Below are positions 25,857 through 34,289 of a stretch of 64,000 bases of DNA, piece by piece. Position 1 is the stretch's first letter. Every line of letters starts with the position of its first letter. The stretch is from the IMG/VR virus record IMGVR_UViG_3300010224_000001, positions 224,001-288,000 of that record; one strand, written 5' to 3'. The translations under genes were made by a program, and so were the position numbers. Below the pieces are notes generated by a model. It saw only the letters and a list, made by a program, of their open reading frames with translations, was not told where the DNA came from and made no database searches. This stretch comes from a virus.

Positions 25857-26750
25857 TTAAATCGTTTCTTTGTTGGTTTCATTATTTTCCTTTTCTTCTA
25901 GGTATTCCATCCACGCGCCTAAGATATCTGGCACGTTATCGAAACCATAGAAACCAGAAGAGTTAATACAGTTTATTTCCATTACCGACATGGATGACCA
26001 GCTACCGTTGTGAGGAATAGCGAAGTCTACCGTAAAGCATTCCGGGAAGTCTTCTTTCAATCCTTCTTTAAGAATAGAAATCAATGGGAAGCCGCGATAG
26101 AAGAATTCAACTATCTCTTTAAACGAGAAAGTAAATGGCTTGGCCATCGGCTTACCGTCTTCCATGTATTGACTTACAGCACCAATCTTTCCATTGATGA
26201 CCCAGCAACGGTATTCAGCTTTAGGCGCTTCTTGTCTTTCACTGATCCAGCACATCAGATCGTCAGGTAAGCTACGATCCTTAACTAACTGATGCCATTT
26301 CTCAGCATTGTAAACACCGCCATTGAACACTTTGTGTGCTTCATCTGGACGAATGAAAAACTCTTTTGGTTCGAACATGTTTTCGGACCATTTCGTAATC
26401 CACTCGCTGATAAGCTTTGCAGGATATGCTGCACCGTGATGGTTAAACATAATCCGGCCGCACTTATCGACCAAGTTAGACATCGCGATCGCTTTACGAT
26501 CGTTAAAGACGTACTTAGCCAGTTGCTCAGATTTAGCACAAGCGTTAACGAACTCAGCAGTACCGTAGATAAGGACTGGACCGTACTTGCTCCAATCGAT
26601 ACCGCAGTCGTTGATATCGAAGCTAGGTCCAGCATAACAGCGATCATGCACGACCAGGTTGTTATCCCAACCGTAACGGGAAACCTTACTGAAGAGATTG
26701 CCGAATGCATTGTTCTGCACCAAGATGCAGGGTAGCTTCTGTGTTGTCAT
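25857..26750 (-). CDS. ATP-grasp domain protein (DUF4343-like)
   Basis: FIRP...KVFNG, EYRCWV, VDFA, MEINCINSSGFY. Confidence 0.75.
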   Translation of the reverse strand: MTTQKLPCILVQNNAFGNLFSKVSRYGWDNNLVVHDRCYAGPSFDINDCGIDWSKYGPVLIYGTAEFVNACAKSEQLAKYVFNDRKAIAMSNLVDKCGRIMFNHHGAAYPAKLISEWITKWSENMFEPKEFFIRPDEAHKVFNGGVYNAEKWHQLVKDRSLPDDLMCWISERQEAPKAEYRCWVINGKIGAVSQYMEDGKPMAKPFTFSFKEIVEFFYRGFPLISILKEGLKEDFPECFTVDFAIPHNGSWSSMSVMEINCINSSGFYGFDNVPDILGAWMEYLEEKENNETNKETI

Positions 26751-27547
26751 TTGTTTTTCTCTCTTTCAATGAGTGCATTCATCCAGCCAGTGACAACTTT
26801 CTTACCCAGCTCGTGATCGTACCACATCGTGCTATGGATAGGTAAGAAGCTATTAATGCGGTAAGACCAGCCACGCTGTTCTGTTATCACAATAGAGTAA
26901 GCGAATTCTGGGAATTTACCAATCACAGTACGCTTAACGTATTCGATAACATGCGTACAGTCAGCGAAGGTATTAACAGCAAGTTTATCACCATCTTTTA
27001 TCATTGACGCCGAAATGACTTTATCGCCAGCTACCCAAACCTGGTACGAATCACCAACACCCGAAGGTGCTTTAGACACCCACAAGTTACGACTCTGTCG
27101 AAGATTTTTAGCAGACGCGAGAACCTCAAACTCTCGACGTGTATACAGACCCGCGTGAAAACCTGGTTCTTTATACCCGGTAGGTTCAATGTAGATTGGT
27201 TCATGCGTACCATACCACTCTATGCTGATATCGAACACTCGTCGCACTTCACCTTCATGACGCATAAAGTCACGACCAAACATAGCGGTCCATGCTTCTG
27301 GTCTGAAGTTCTCTTCGTCAAAGAAGATATAGTCACGCGCCCGGAAATCTTGTTTGAGCCCAGCCACAAAGGTAATAGGTCCAAATATCAAGAACGGATA
27401 ATTATCATCCCAATTTTCCCTTCCTTCACGCGGGAAAGAATAATGAGTGCCGTCGAGTACTCTAACGTCGTTTTCTTTAGCGTAATCGTTAAAGACATTA
27501 TTGACAGTCCGGAGTCCGTCATCAGCGTAGTAGATACAGGGTTTCAT
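26747..27547 (-). CDS. degenerate ATP-grasp paralog
   Basis: collinear with neighbour but lacks EYR, D and ExN residues. Confidence 0.55.
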   Translation of the reverse strand: MKPCIYYADDGLRTVNNVFNDYAKENDVRVLDGTHYSFPREGRENWDDNYPFLIFGPITFVAGLKQDFRARDYIFFDEENFRPEAWTAMFGRDFMRHEGEVRRVFDISIEWYGTHEPIYIEPTGYKEPGFHAGLYTRREFEVLASAKNLRQSRNLWVSKAPSGVGDSYQVWVAGDKVISASMIKDGDKLAVNTFADCTHVIEYVKRTVIGKFPEFAYSIVITEQRGWSYRINSFLPIHSTMWYDHELGKKVVTGWMNALIEREKNK

Positions 27548-27559
27548 TTACTGCCTTTC

Positions 27560-28282
27560 TTATTGGTTATTATCAGTCGACAAAATATCTTTAACAAGAG
27601 TAAACGTAGTCAAACCAGCGTACTTCATGTCATTGCGTTCTTCTTCCGCCACGCCGAGCACTTTACCGCCGCGAGTGACCACGACCTCAGTAATCGGAAT
27701 AGCATTGATACGATCGATCTTCTTCTGGATATCGGCCATCTCTTCTGCAGTTACTTCAATCTCAGACATCTGGTCGACTTCTTTATGAGGACGCGGTCCA
27801 GCGTAAAGACGATTACCGAGATCACCATAAGTGGCCATGGCAAATTTCTCCGCGGTCTCGGCAATCTGTCGAATATACTCACCCAGATTAACGTCACGGC
27901 TAGGGTCTGCCCAATACGCTGCAAACGTATTTGCCATGTCATCAGGAAGAGTAATCCGAGCAGCTTCATTTGCAACCGCTTGAACAAACATGGGTTCGTC
28001 AATACAACGAAGTAACGTACCAGCAGAAGCCAGTTCGCTTACCTTGCTATCCTGCATGAGAGTTTCCTCACCAGTTTCATACGGCGGTTTACTGATTTCA
28101 CCGGCGCCGCAGCACGCAGGACAGGTGTCGTCATCAGCCATTGCTTCGGCGAGGTCTTTAGTTTCCTGAGACGGTTCTTTGTCACCAAAGCTAAAGACTA
28201 TACGTGTGCTTTTTACAGTTTTGCTACCTTTGCACAGCGGGCAGGTTTCTTTCTTCGGAGCATAGACAAAGTTGGTATTCAT
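27560..28282 (-). CDS. protein with DnaJ-type CxxCxGxG zinc finger
   Basis: CPLCKGS, CPACCGAG. Confidence 0.6.
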   Translation of the reverse strand: MNTNFVYAPKKETCPLCKGSKTVKSTRIVFSFGDKEPSQETKDLAEAMADDDTCPACCGAGEISKPPYETGEETLMQDSKVSELASAGTLLRCIDEPMFVQAVANEAARITLPDDMANTFAAYWADPSRDVNLGEYIRQIAETAEKFAMATYGDLGNRLYAGPRPHKEVDQMSEIEVTAEEMADIQKKIDRINAIPITEVVVTRGGKVLGVAEEERNDMKYAGLTTFTLVKDILSTDNNQ

Positions 28283-28337
28283 GATGTTATTCCTTATTAG
28301 AGGGTAAAACGAAAGTGAGAGATGCAAATATCTGCCA

Positions 28338-28751
28338 TCATTTTGGCTGTTCTTTAGAAGCGACAATACGGTCTAGTACATACTGAGGAACGTCAGTTGT
28401 TTTCGGATGACGGAAGTCAGGACGATAATTTGGATTCGCCTTAACTATCTTCGTGAAGTAAAATTCTGGATCAATTCTGGCTCGCTTAAAGATCGCTTCC
28501 TTTTGTTCTTCGGTGAGATTAGGATCCCAAGGATCGATTCCGTCTGTTAGAACGAATTCTGGAGTTAAGAAGTCATTCATGAATTCATTCATCAGCGGAA
28601 CAAATCGTTCTTTCCCTTCCATTTCAACTTGGAATTCAGCCATATGCTTCAACCAACCAGGAGATGGGGTAACGTCAATCGAATAAGGTTTAGGATTGAT
28701 AGTGACTTCTAGTTTCTTACCAAACAGATTGTTCCATAGTTTCTTTAACAT
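28338..28751 (-). CDS. small protein with jumbo-phage terminase N-terminal-like segment
   Basis: GIDPWDPNLTEEQKEAIFKRARIDPEFYFTKIVK. Confidence 0.45.
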   Translation of the reverse strand: MLKKLWNNLFGKKLEVTINPKPYSIDVTPSPGWLKHMAEFQVEMEGKERFVPLMNEFMNDFLTPEFVLTDGIDPWDPNLTEEQKEAIFKRARIDPEFYFTKIVKANPNYRPDFRHPKTTDVPQYVLDRIVASKEQPK

Positions 28752-28767
28752 GGGTAAATTCCTAAAT

Positions 28768-28802
28768 GACGTCATAAAAGGAGTGGTCTTACTGACCACT
28801 CC
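28768..28802 (-). terminator. intrinsic terminator with TTTTATGACGT tail
   Basis: GGAGTGGTC/GACCACTCC stem. Confidence 0.75.
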
Positions 28803-28815
28803 GTTATTAGAATTA

Positions 28816-28903
28816 TGGTAGACCGAGCGGGCTTTGAACCCGCAGTGGAGTTTCCTCGCTGAATTATGAGTTCAGTGCCTGCGACCAGTACGGCTTCCGG
28901 TCC
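28816..28903 (-). tRNA. tRNA with CAT anticodon (Met/Ile2) on a long-variable-arm body
   Basis: CTGAA-CTCATAA-TTCAG, V arm GAG-GAAA-CTC, ACCA. Confidence 0.85.
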
Positions 28904-28910
28904 AACAATC

Positions 28911-29369
28911 TTAACACCTGCGACTAGCTAAAAACTTACGCTTGGCGACATGATAACTAGCTGCGCAACTATGACTGCAAAATGCCATCTCAACACCCTG
29001 ATTAAGTCGCATCTTTATCTGTCTTTCAGTTAGTGTGAAATAAGTGCCGCAGTTATTAGCACAAGAATAACCATATACTACTTGATTTTCAAAATCTTTA
29101 GTAGCTTGTTTAATAAGATTTTGAGCTTTTGTCAAGACCTGAAGATTATCAATGCGATCATTAGTCTTGTCGTCGTCTTTATGATCTACTTCGTATTCGT
29201 CACTTAAAATGTAACCTAAATGAACACACATCAAATAACGTGCATAGGAAATAGTAGTACGATCTGCTTCGCTATTATAAAGCACTACGTTCTTTCTGTT
29301 CTCAGGATTAACGACCAAGTAGCCGTTTCTCCACCTTGAACTAAAAGGTTCTTGAAGGCTAATTATCAT
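28911..29369 (-). CDS. HNH endonuclease
   Basis: YARYLM, EVDHKDDDKTNDRIDNLQVL, FCSHSC. Confidence 0.85.
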   Translation of the reverse strand: MIISLQEPFSSRWRNGYLVVNPENRKNVVLYNSEADRTTISYARYLMCVHLGYILSDEYEVDHKDDDKTNDRIDNLQVLTKAQNLIKQATKDFENQVVYGYSCANNCGTYFTLTERQIKMRLNQGVEMAFCSHSCAASYHVAKRKFLASRRC

Positions 29370-29412
29370 TACTATCCTTTACCAGTCATGAGCTAGAGGT
29401 CCAGAGATGATA

Positions 29413-29613
29413 CTAAAAATTATTAACCGGAGCGTAATTGTTTAACTCTGGGGACCAGTTACACTTCTCACAACGATGCATCCCATTTGGACATTTACAC
29501 AAACGGGATCTACCGCAATGAGGACAACCATTCTCACCATTGTCATATTCAAGAAGAGCCCACTGTTCTTCTAGTTTCTTCTCTTCGTCATCGTCTTCGT
29601 GTAATCGCAACAT
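29413..29613 (-). CDS. small zinc-finger protein
   Basis: CPHCGR, CEKC; AGGAG SD. Confidence 0.6.
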   Translation of the reverse strand: MLRLHEDDDEEKKLEEQWALLEYDNGENGCPHCGRSRLCKCPNGMHRCEKCNWSPELNNYAPVNNF

Positions 29614-29632
29614 TTGCTACTCCTAGAAATCA

Positions 29633-29763
29633 CTTACGGCTGCTGCGTATGTGCGGGACTTTCACCCCACCTCCGAGAGAATCCGCCGATCAGAGCAGAA
29701 GCCTCCAAAAGATTTACGACCCTCGACGTACTGATCATAGTCCGAGTCTGACGCAGCCGTAAG
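29633..29763 (-). ncRNA. candidate structured ncRNA unit A
   Basis: 11-bp terminal helix CTTACGGCTGC/GCAGCCGTAAG, TGAAA-loop hairpin near 3' end. Confidence 0.55.
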
Positions 29764-29774
29764 CAATCTCAATA

Positions 29775-29898
29775 GAAAGTGCTTTATGAGAGCGACGGCA
29801 TTTCACCGTCGAGTTACACTGGATGATCGGTCCAATATGTAACCCCCGCCTTAGACCCCCCGATAGAAATCTTAGCTTGGCAATCATAAAACACTCTC
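29775..29898 (-). ncRNA. candidate structured ncRNA unit B
   Basis: 15-bp terminal helix, GACGG-TGAAATG-CCGTC hairpin near 3' end. Confidence 0.55.
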
Positions 29899-29899
29899 A

Positions 29900-30330
29900 A
29901 AAGAACTAGGAAGAAACCGCCTGGCCTGGTTGCCCTTAACCTCAGCGATTCCTTCCTGTCCCCCGAATCAAACAGCACCCAACCGCAATAAGCGGAAGTA
30001 ATGCGATTCAACTCTAATAACACTGTCTATTCCTCTTTGTCTGGCCTGACTCCAAGCAATATCAGCGGCTGCTCATCTCTTAAGGCTACTTTCCATCGCA
30101 AGCAGGACGTTACCTTACTCGAATTTACTAATAGGCAGAAGAGACTACAACTTGCTGTAGATCCCTCTTATTCTGTTGACAGCAGAATAATGGTTCGTTA
30201 ACAGCCATACAGTTTAAGCATCGGTGTCAACGATGCTACCTAGGGACGAAACCCTAAAAGTCTCCACTAAGGTAAGACCAGTCTTACCGCTAGATTCAAC
30301 TCAGCCACCACTGTTAGGAAGCTGTACTGG
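29900..30330 (-). ncRNA. candidate large structured ncRNA
   Basis: dense hairpins with complementary loops; no credible ORF. Confidence 0.55.
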
Positions 30331-30334
30331 TAAC

Positions 30335-30769
30335 TTATTTACCTTTACGTTCAGATTTATCTTTACGCTCGGAACTACGTTCTCGTGCTTTGATAATCCA
30401 CTCAGGAACAGTTCTCCAAACTTTGTCACCTTGTTTAAAGAACTTAACGCAATCACCTGAATCAGTTGTTTCTACTGTTGCAACACCATTAATTATTACG
30501 GAATCTGCGTAGACTGCATAATCTTCTTCACCATCAGTCAACCACTCACCACGTTTGATGGTAGAGATATCAGCGATAGGACGAAGCTGGGTAAACGGAT
30601 GTTCACGTTTCATAAAGTGCCACCAGCGTTTCTTGACACCGTATGGTAATATCAAATGCGGGTTCGCTTTTTGCATCTTCTCACAATGAGCGAAAAACAA
30701 TCTTTCACGCTCTTCATAAGTAGCGCCAGCACGAACCGTCTCCATTGTAACGTTTATGAAACAACTCAT
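30335..30769 (-). CDS. hypothetical protein
   Basis: 144 aa, AAGGA SD. Confidence 0.65.
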   Translation of the reverse strand: MSCFINVTMETVRAGATYEERERLFFAHCEKMQKANPHLILPYGVKKRWWHFMKREHPFTQLRPIADISTIKRGEWLTDGEEDYAVYADSVIINGVATVETTDSGDCVKFFKQGDKVWRTVPEWIIKARERSSERKDKSERKGK

Positions 30770-30825
30770 GTGAACATCCTTTATTTGTTTATCTCTATAA
30801 ATTCTGTATTCTGAGTAATAAATTA

Positions 30826-31494
30826 CTAGTCAGAATTGTAACGTTTACCGTTCCATACGTCCGCTATAACTGAACGACTAACGTTGAATAGAGGCGCTGC
30901 CTTCCTGGTCGACGTAGTTCCTTTCAGCTTCTTAATTTCTTCCACTTGTTGAGGAGTTAATTTAGAAGACGGGCTATCGTGTCCTTTGGGATTATGAGCT
31001 AAGCCATTATCGAACGCATGTTTAATGTTTTCTTGATTAGTGGACCATTCCAGATTATTCTTACAATTATTTGTTTTTACACCATCATCGTGATTAACGA
31101 ATGGTTTATTATCAGGATTAGGAACAAAGGCTTCAGCTACAAGACGATGTGTTCTGAGAAGAACAGATTTACCATTTCGACCACCTATTTTGGTAGCATG
31201 ATTGAGATAACCTTCGTTGCTTTCGCATTGACTCAAAATCTTATTGCTGACTGTTGAAACTAGTTGACCATCTTCAGTAACCATGAAACGATTATCGTAA
31301 CCTTCTACTTTTCTTATTTCTGGCGTCGGCGTAGAGGCACGTTTAATCGGAGAGGGATCGTTTGAACATACAAAGTTCTTATGTTCCCCTTCCGCCCCCA
31401 CTTGGGTTACAATAACCAAACTATTACCTTCTCGATCTTTTATCTCCCTGCCTTTGATTAGACGATTAGCCATGTCATCTGGCATAATTAACAT
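30826..31494 (-). CDS. HNH homing endonuclease (paralog of 22133-22813)
   Basis: HRLVAEAFVPNPDNKPFVNHDDG...NLEWST. Confidence 0.9.
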   Translation of the reverse strand: MLIMPDDMANRLIKGREIKDREGNSLVIVTQVGAEGEHKNFVCSNDPSPIKRASTPTPEIRKVEGYDNRFMVTEDGQLVSTVSNKILSQCESNEGYLNHATKIGGRNGKSVLLRTHRLVAEAFVPNPDNKPFVNHDDGVKTNNCKNNLEWSTNQENIKHAFDNGLAHNPKGHDSPSSKLTPQQVEEIKKLKGTTSTRKAAPLFNVSRSVIADVWNGKRYNSD

Positions 31495-31512
31495 TATTGA
31501 CCTTTCGTTAAT

Positions 31513-31543
31513 ACGTCATAAAGCCAGAAGGTTTCCCTTCTGG
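31513..31543 (-). terminator. intrinsic terminator with TTTATGACGT tail
   Basis: CCAGAAGG-GAAA-CCTTCTGG. Confidence 0.75.
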
Positions 31544-31559
31544 ACTTTACTTTTCTAAC

Positions 31560-31651
31560 TGGAACGGAAGCGGTGGGATTCGAACCCACGGATGGTTTAA
31601 CCCACCGGCAGTTTTCAAGACTGCTGCCTTAAACCCCTCGGCCACGCTTCC
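31560..31651 (-). tRNA. tRNA-Ser(TGA), 3' end G-TT-CCA
   Basis: GCAGT-CTTGAAA-ACTGC, long V arm. Confidence 0.9.
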
Positions 31652-31659
31652 ATTGATCT

Positions 31660-32250
31660 TTACTGAAGTAACGAACCTGAAGGTCGGGTACTTTCCAACA
31701 CTTGCGGTGTAATACCGTGATCAAGATAAGTGTAGATGTACGATGCCGCTAATTTAGCGATAGCTTCATCTAATTCTTCAGAGATAATCACTGATTCACA
31801 TTCTTGATCATCGGGACCAAACAGGAAACTTATTTCTACTGCGTTGTTCTGAAGATTAACGGCAATCATAACCCAGCGTTTACCTTCGGTAATCTTGACG
31901 TCGTCCTTGTCTTTCGCATCTTCTTTGGTGCCGTAAAGAAGATGTATATCCAGTTCGGATTCAGGACTTTTACCCAACAAGAAGTCGGCAATCTTACCTC
32001 TTAGTGCACAGACTTCATTGCAGATTTCTGTAGCGATGCTATTAAGACGAGCGCCTGCTTGTTGCTCTAACTCGCGCGATCGTTCTACAATTGCTACTGC
32101 GCGTTCTTTGGCATCATCAGGATCATTCTTGAATTCGTCGAGAAACGCTTGACGAGAAACCTCATCTTCCAGATACGTAGCTGCATCATGTTCAGGAAGA
32201 GCCTTGATTGCCGCTACATCGAATTCCACATCCCCAACTTCTTCTGTCAT
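31660..32250 (-). CDS. acidic hypothetical protein
   Basis: 196 aa ORF. Confidence 0.65.
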   Translation of the reverse strand: MTEEVGDVEFDVAAIKALPEHDAATYLEDEVSRQAFLDEFKNDPDDAKERAVAIVERSRELEQQAGARLNSIATEICNEVCALRGKIADFLLGKSPESELDIHLLYGTKEDAKDKDDVKITEGKRWVMIAVNLQNNAVEISFLFGPDDQECESVIISEELDEAIAKLAASYIYTYLDHGITPQVLESTRPSGSLLQ

Positions 32251-32262
32251 TATTCTTCCTTC

Positions 32263-32628
32263 TTACAGTGTATTTTCTTGCAAAGCCCAATCTGGAACAA
32301 AATTCGGAAACGTGTATTGAAGAATGCAACGCACAATGGCTTCACCACGGGTAGCAGCAGTGTAAGTAGAAACCTTGAGAAGATCAGTCAATACACCAGC
32401 AGTCCATTTATCGTTCTGCTGCAAGCATTTCACACCAGCGATGCGCGCTAACTTGTTATGCTGGTATTCATCCGTGATGGGTTCAAAACGACAACCATCA
32501 ACCACTGTACCTTCCTTACACCAGTCATCAATCATGACATAAGGACGATTCTTGTATCGGATGTGGTAACCGAGGCTACGGGCTAATGCGACTTCTGCTT
32601 GTAGCGGTGTAAGTTGGTCTACTTTCAT
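32263..32628 (-). CDS. hypothetical protein (NinX/DUF2591-like)
   Basis: MKV..L...ALARSLG, FEP..D, EAIVRC. Confidence 0.5.
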   Translation of the reverse strand: MKVDQLTPLQAEVALARSLGYHIRYKNRPYVMIDDWCKEGTVVDGCRFEPITDEYQHNKLARIAGVKCLQQNDKWTAGVLTDLLKVSTYTAATRGEAIVRCILQYTFPNFVPDWALQENTL

Positions 32629-32639
32629 TTTTCTTTTCT

Positions 32640-33165
32640 TCTAAAGTGTTACATTGCACATGCAAAATCACCCTCTCATAAAAGGTGATTAAGGCTGTAC
32701 AATGATTGAGTTTCTGAGAACTGGATGACACTACTCATCCCGTCCTACAGATGTCAATCCAAATCAATAGACTGCACCACAATCCATTAATCTGTTTACT
32801 CTATTGCTAGAGGTACAACTTCCTACGTATACAGTTGTACAACGTAAGCGAACCTAGCGATCCAAAAAGCTTAGGGCTAATGAACCGCTAGGGTAATCCT
32901 AGTGTCGTAGGCTAATTGATTCGTTAAGAGAGCGCCACCCCTCAAGCTACCGGTTTCCCTTCAAGGATCTCTTCCCTGGGGAGCCAAGTCTTCCGTAAGC
33001 CGACTCTCAGACCTCGGGATGAAGTTTGCGTTATCGCCTATTTCACTAGATATCTAGATCCAGTGAAAATAATCGGACTGATAACCATCCCATGCTGGGG
33101 CAATATGCCTTAGCGCTTCATGACAACCTCCGTTTGTGGTTTCAATAAGCTATTGTTCGTCAGTG
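32640..33165 (-). ncRNA. candidate large structured ncRNA (about 530 nt)
   Basis: ORF-free, many helices, possible pseudoknot, own promoter-like motif. Confidence 0.6.
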
Positions 33166-33190
33166 TGCACATTATGGATAGCTGTGGTAA
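33166..33190 (-). promoter_or_regulatory. putative ncRNA promoter
   Basis: TTAC-N9-CCATAATGTGCA, same as at 11913. Confidence 0.55.
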
Positions 33191-33209
33191 GAAATTACCA
33201 AACCAGCAA

Positions 33210-33602
33210 CTAGCGCATACCAAACATGTTGAGGAACTTACGTTTTGATTCTGTCTTAACTACAGTCGGCTTTACTTCACGAACTGTTGGAATGATAAGA
33301 CCTTTATCAGCATCGTACTTCATGTTGCTATAAGGTTCGAACACCGCAGATGGAAACGCCGCACGTTCAAAACGCGGACCGCCAGGACCCATAAACCAGT
33401 CATGTCCGCTAAGCTGACCTGGTTCGTAATTCCAGACACTTTCAGACCACTCCACATCACCATCAAAATCACCAGCCAGATCCGCAAGAGTAAGAATCTT
33501 CTTCTCTTTTGGAACTGCGATCTTCATCAACGATTCTGCACGCACAAAAGCTGGAGCTGAAGCAACTGCCAGCATTGCACCTAAAAAGCCACGACGATTC
33601 AT
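33210..33602 (-). CDS. Tat-signal protein
   Basis: MNRRGFLGAMLAVASAPAFVRAESLMKI. Confidence 0.7.
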   Translation of the reverse strand: MNRRGFLGAMLAVASAPAFVRAESLMKIAVPKEKKILTLADLAGDFDGDVEWSESVWNYEPGQLSGHDWFMGPGGPRFERAAFPSAVFEPYSNMKYDADKGLIIPTVREVKPTVVKTESKRKFLNMFGMR

Positions 33603-33913
33603 AGATTACTCGGTAAGTGTTGAGTGGATTTCAACGCCGCCACAGCAGAGTCTCTGAAACCTGTATACACTTCAAGACGAAGCTCTGCCTCAGATATACC
33701 ACGCTCTTTTGCCATTGCTGAACATTGAACGTAATCGAAATAAGAAGTGTCAGGATACCATCCGTCATAAAGAGCAGCGGAAGCATCCATATACTCATTA
33801 TAGACTCGACTGGCTTGCTGTTCAATGGTCTCAGTGTTTTGCGACTTAGCTAACGCAAAGACTGGTGTGATGGCGCCAGCAACAGCAAAATTAAGAAATT
33901 GTCGCCGGTTCAT
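33599..33913 (-). CDS. Tat-signal protein
   Basis: MNRRQFL...ALA. Confidence 0.7.
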   Translation of the reverse strand: MNRRQFLNFAVAGAITPVFALAKSQNTETIEQQASRVYNEYMDASAALYDGWYPDTSYFDYVQCSAMAKERGISEAELRLEVYTGFRDSAVAALKSTQHLPSNL

Positions 33914-34286
33914 ATCGGAATCTTTCAGTCACCCACTCATTATCCAGCCAGTTAGACATGGGGTCGTGAGGGAATAGTTTTGAATGTTCTACTATCTCAG
34001 CAGCGTTCATTACTCTAGGATGAGATAAACCAACTGTTATTAAAGCTGGTAAATCTGCCACATGGTTGAAAGCTGGCTGCACTCGCAGTTCACTAGTTGG
34101 GTTCCGGCTAACAGGCACAACCATAACGAGTTCTGGTTTCCAGACCATCGTTCCAAACGCTAGAGGATGTGGTAGAAGGATTATCTCCTTCTTTGGCACC
34201 ACTATCTTCATTATGTTTTCGGCTTTAACAATAGCAGGCGCCGCTATAGCGCCTACCATTAAGCCGAGGAAGCCCCGGCGTTTCAT
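33891..34286 (-). CDS. Tat-signal protein
   Basis: MKRRGFLGL...APAIVKAENIMKI. Confidence 0.7.
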   Translation of the reverse strand: MKRRGFLGLMVGAIAAPAIVKAENIMKIVVPKKEIILLPHPLAFGTMVWKPELVMVVPVSRNPTSELRVQPAFNHVADLPALITVGLSHPRVMNAAEIVEHSKLFPHDPMSNWLDNEWVTERFRYEPATIS

Positions 34287-34289
34287 ACC

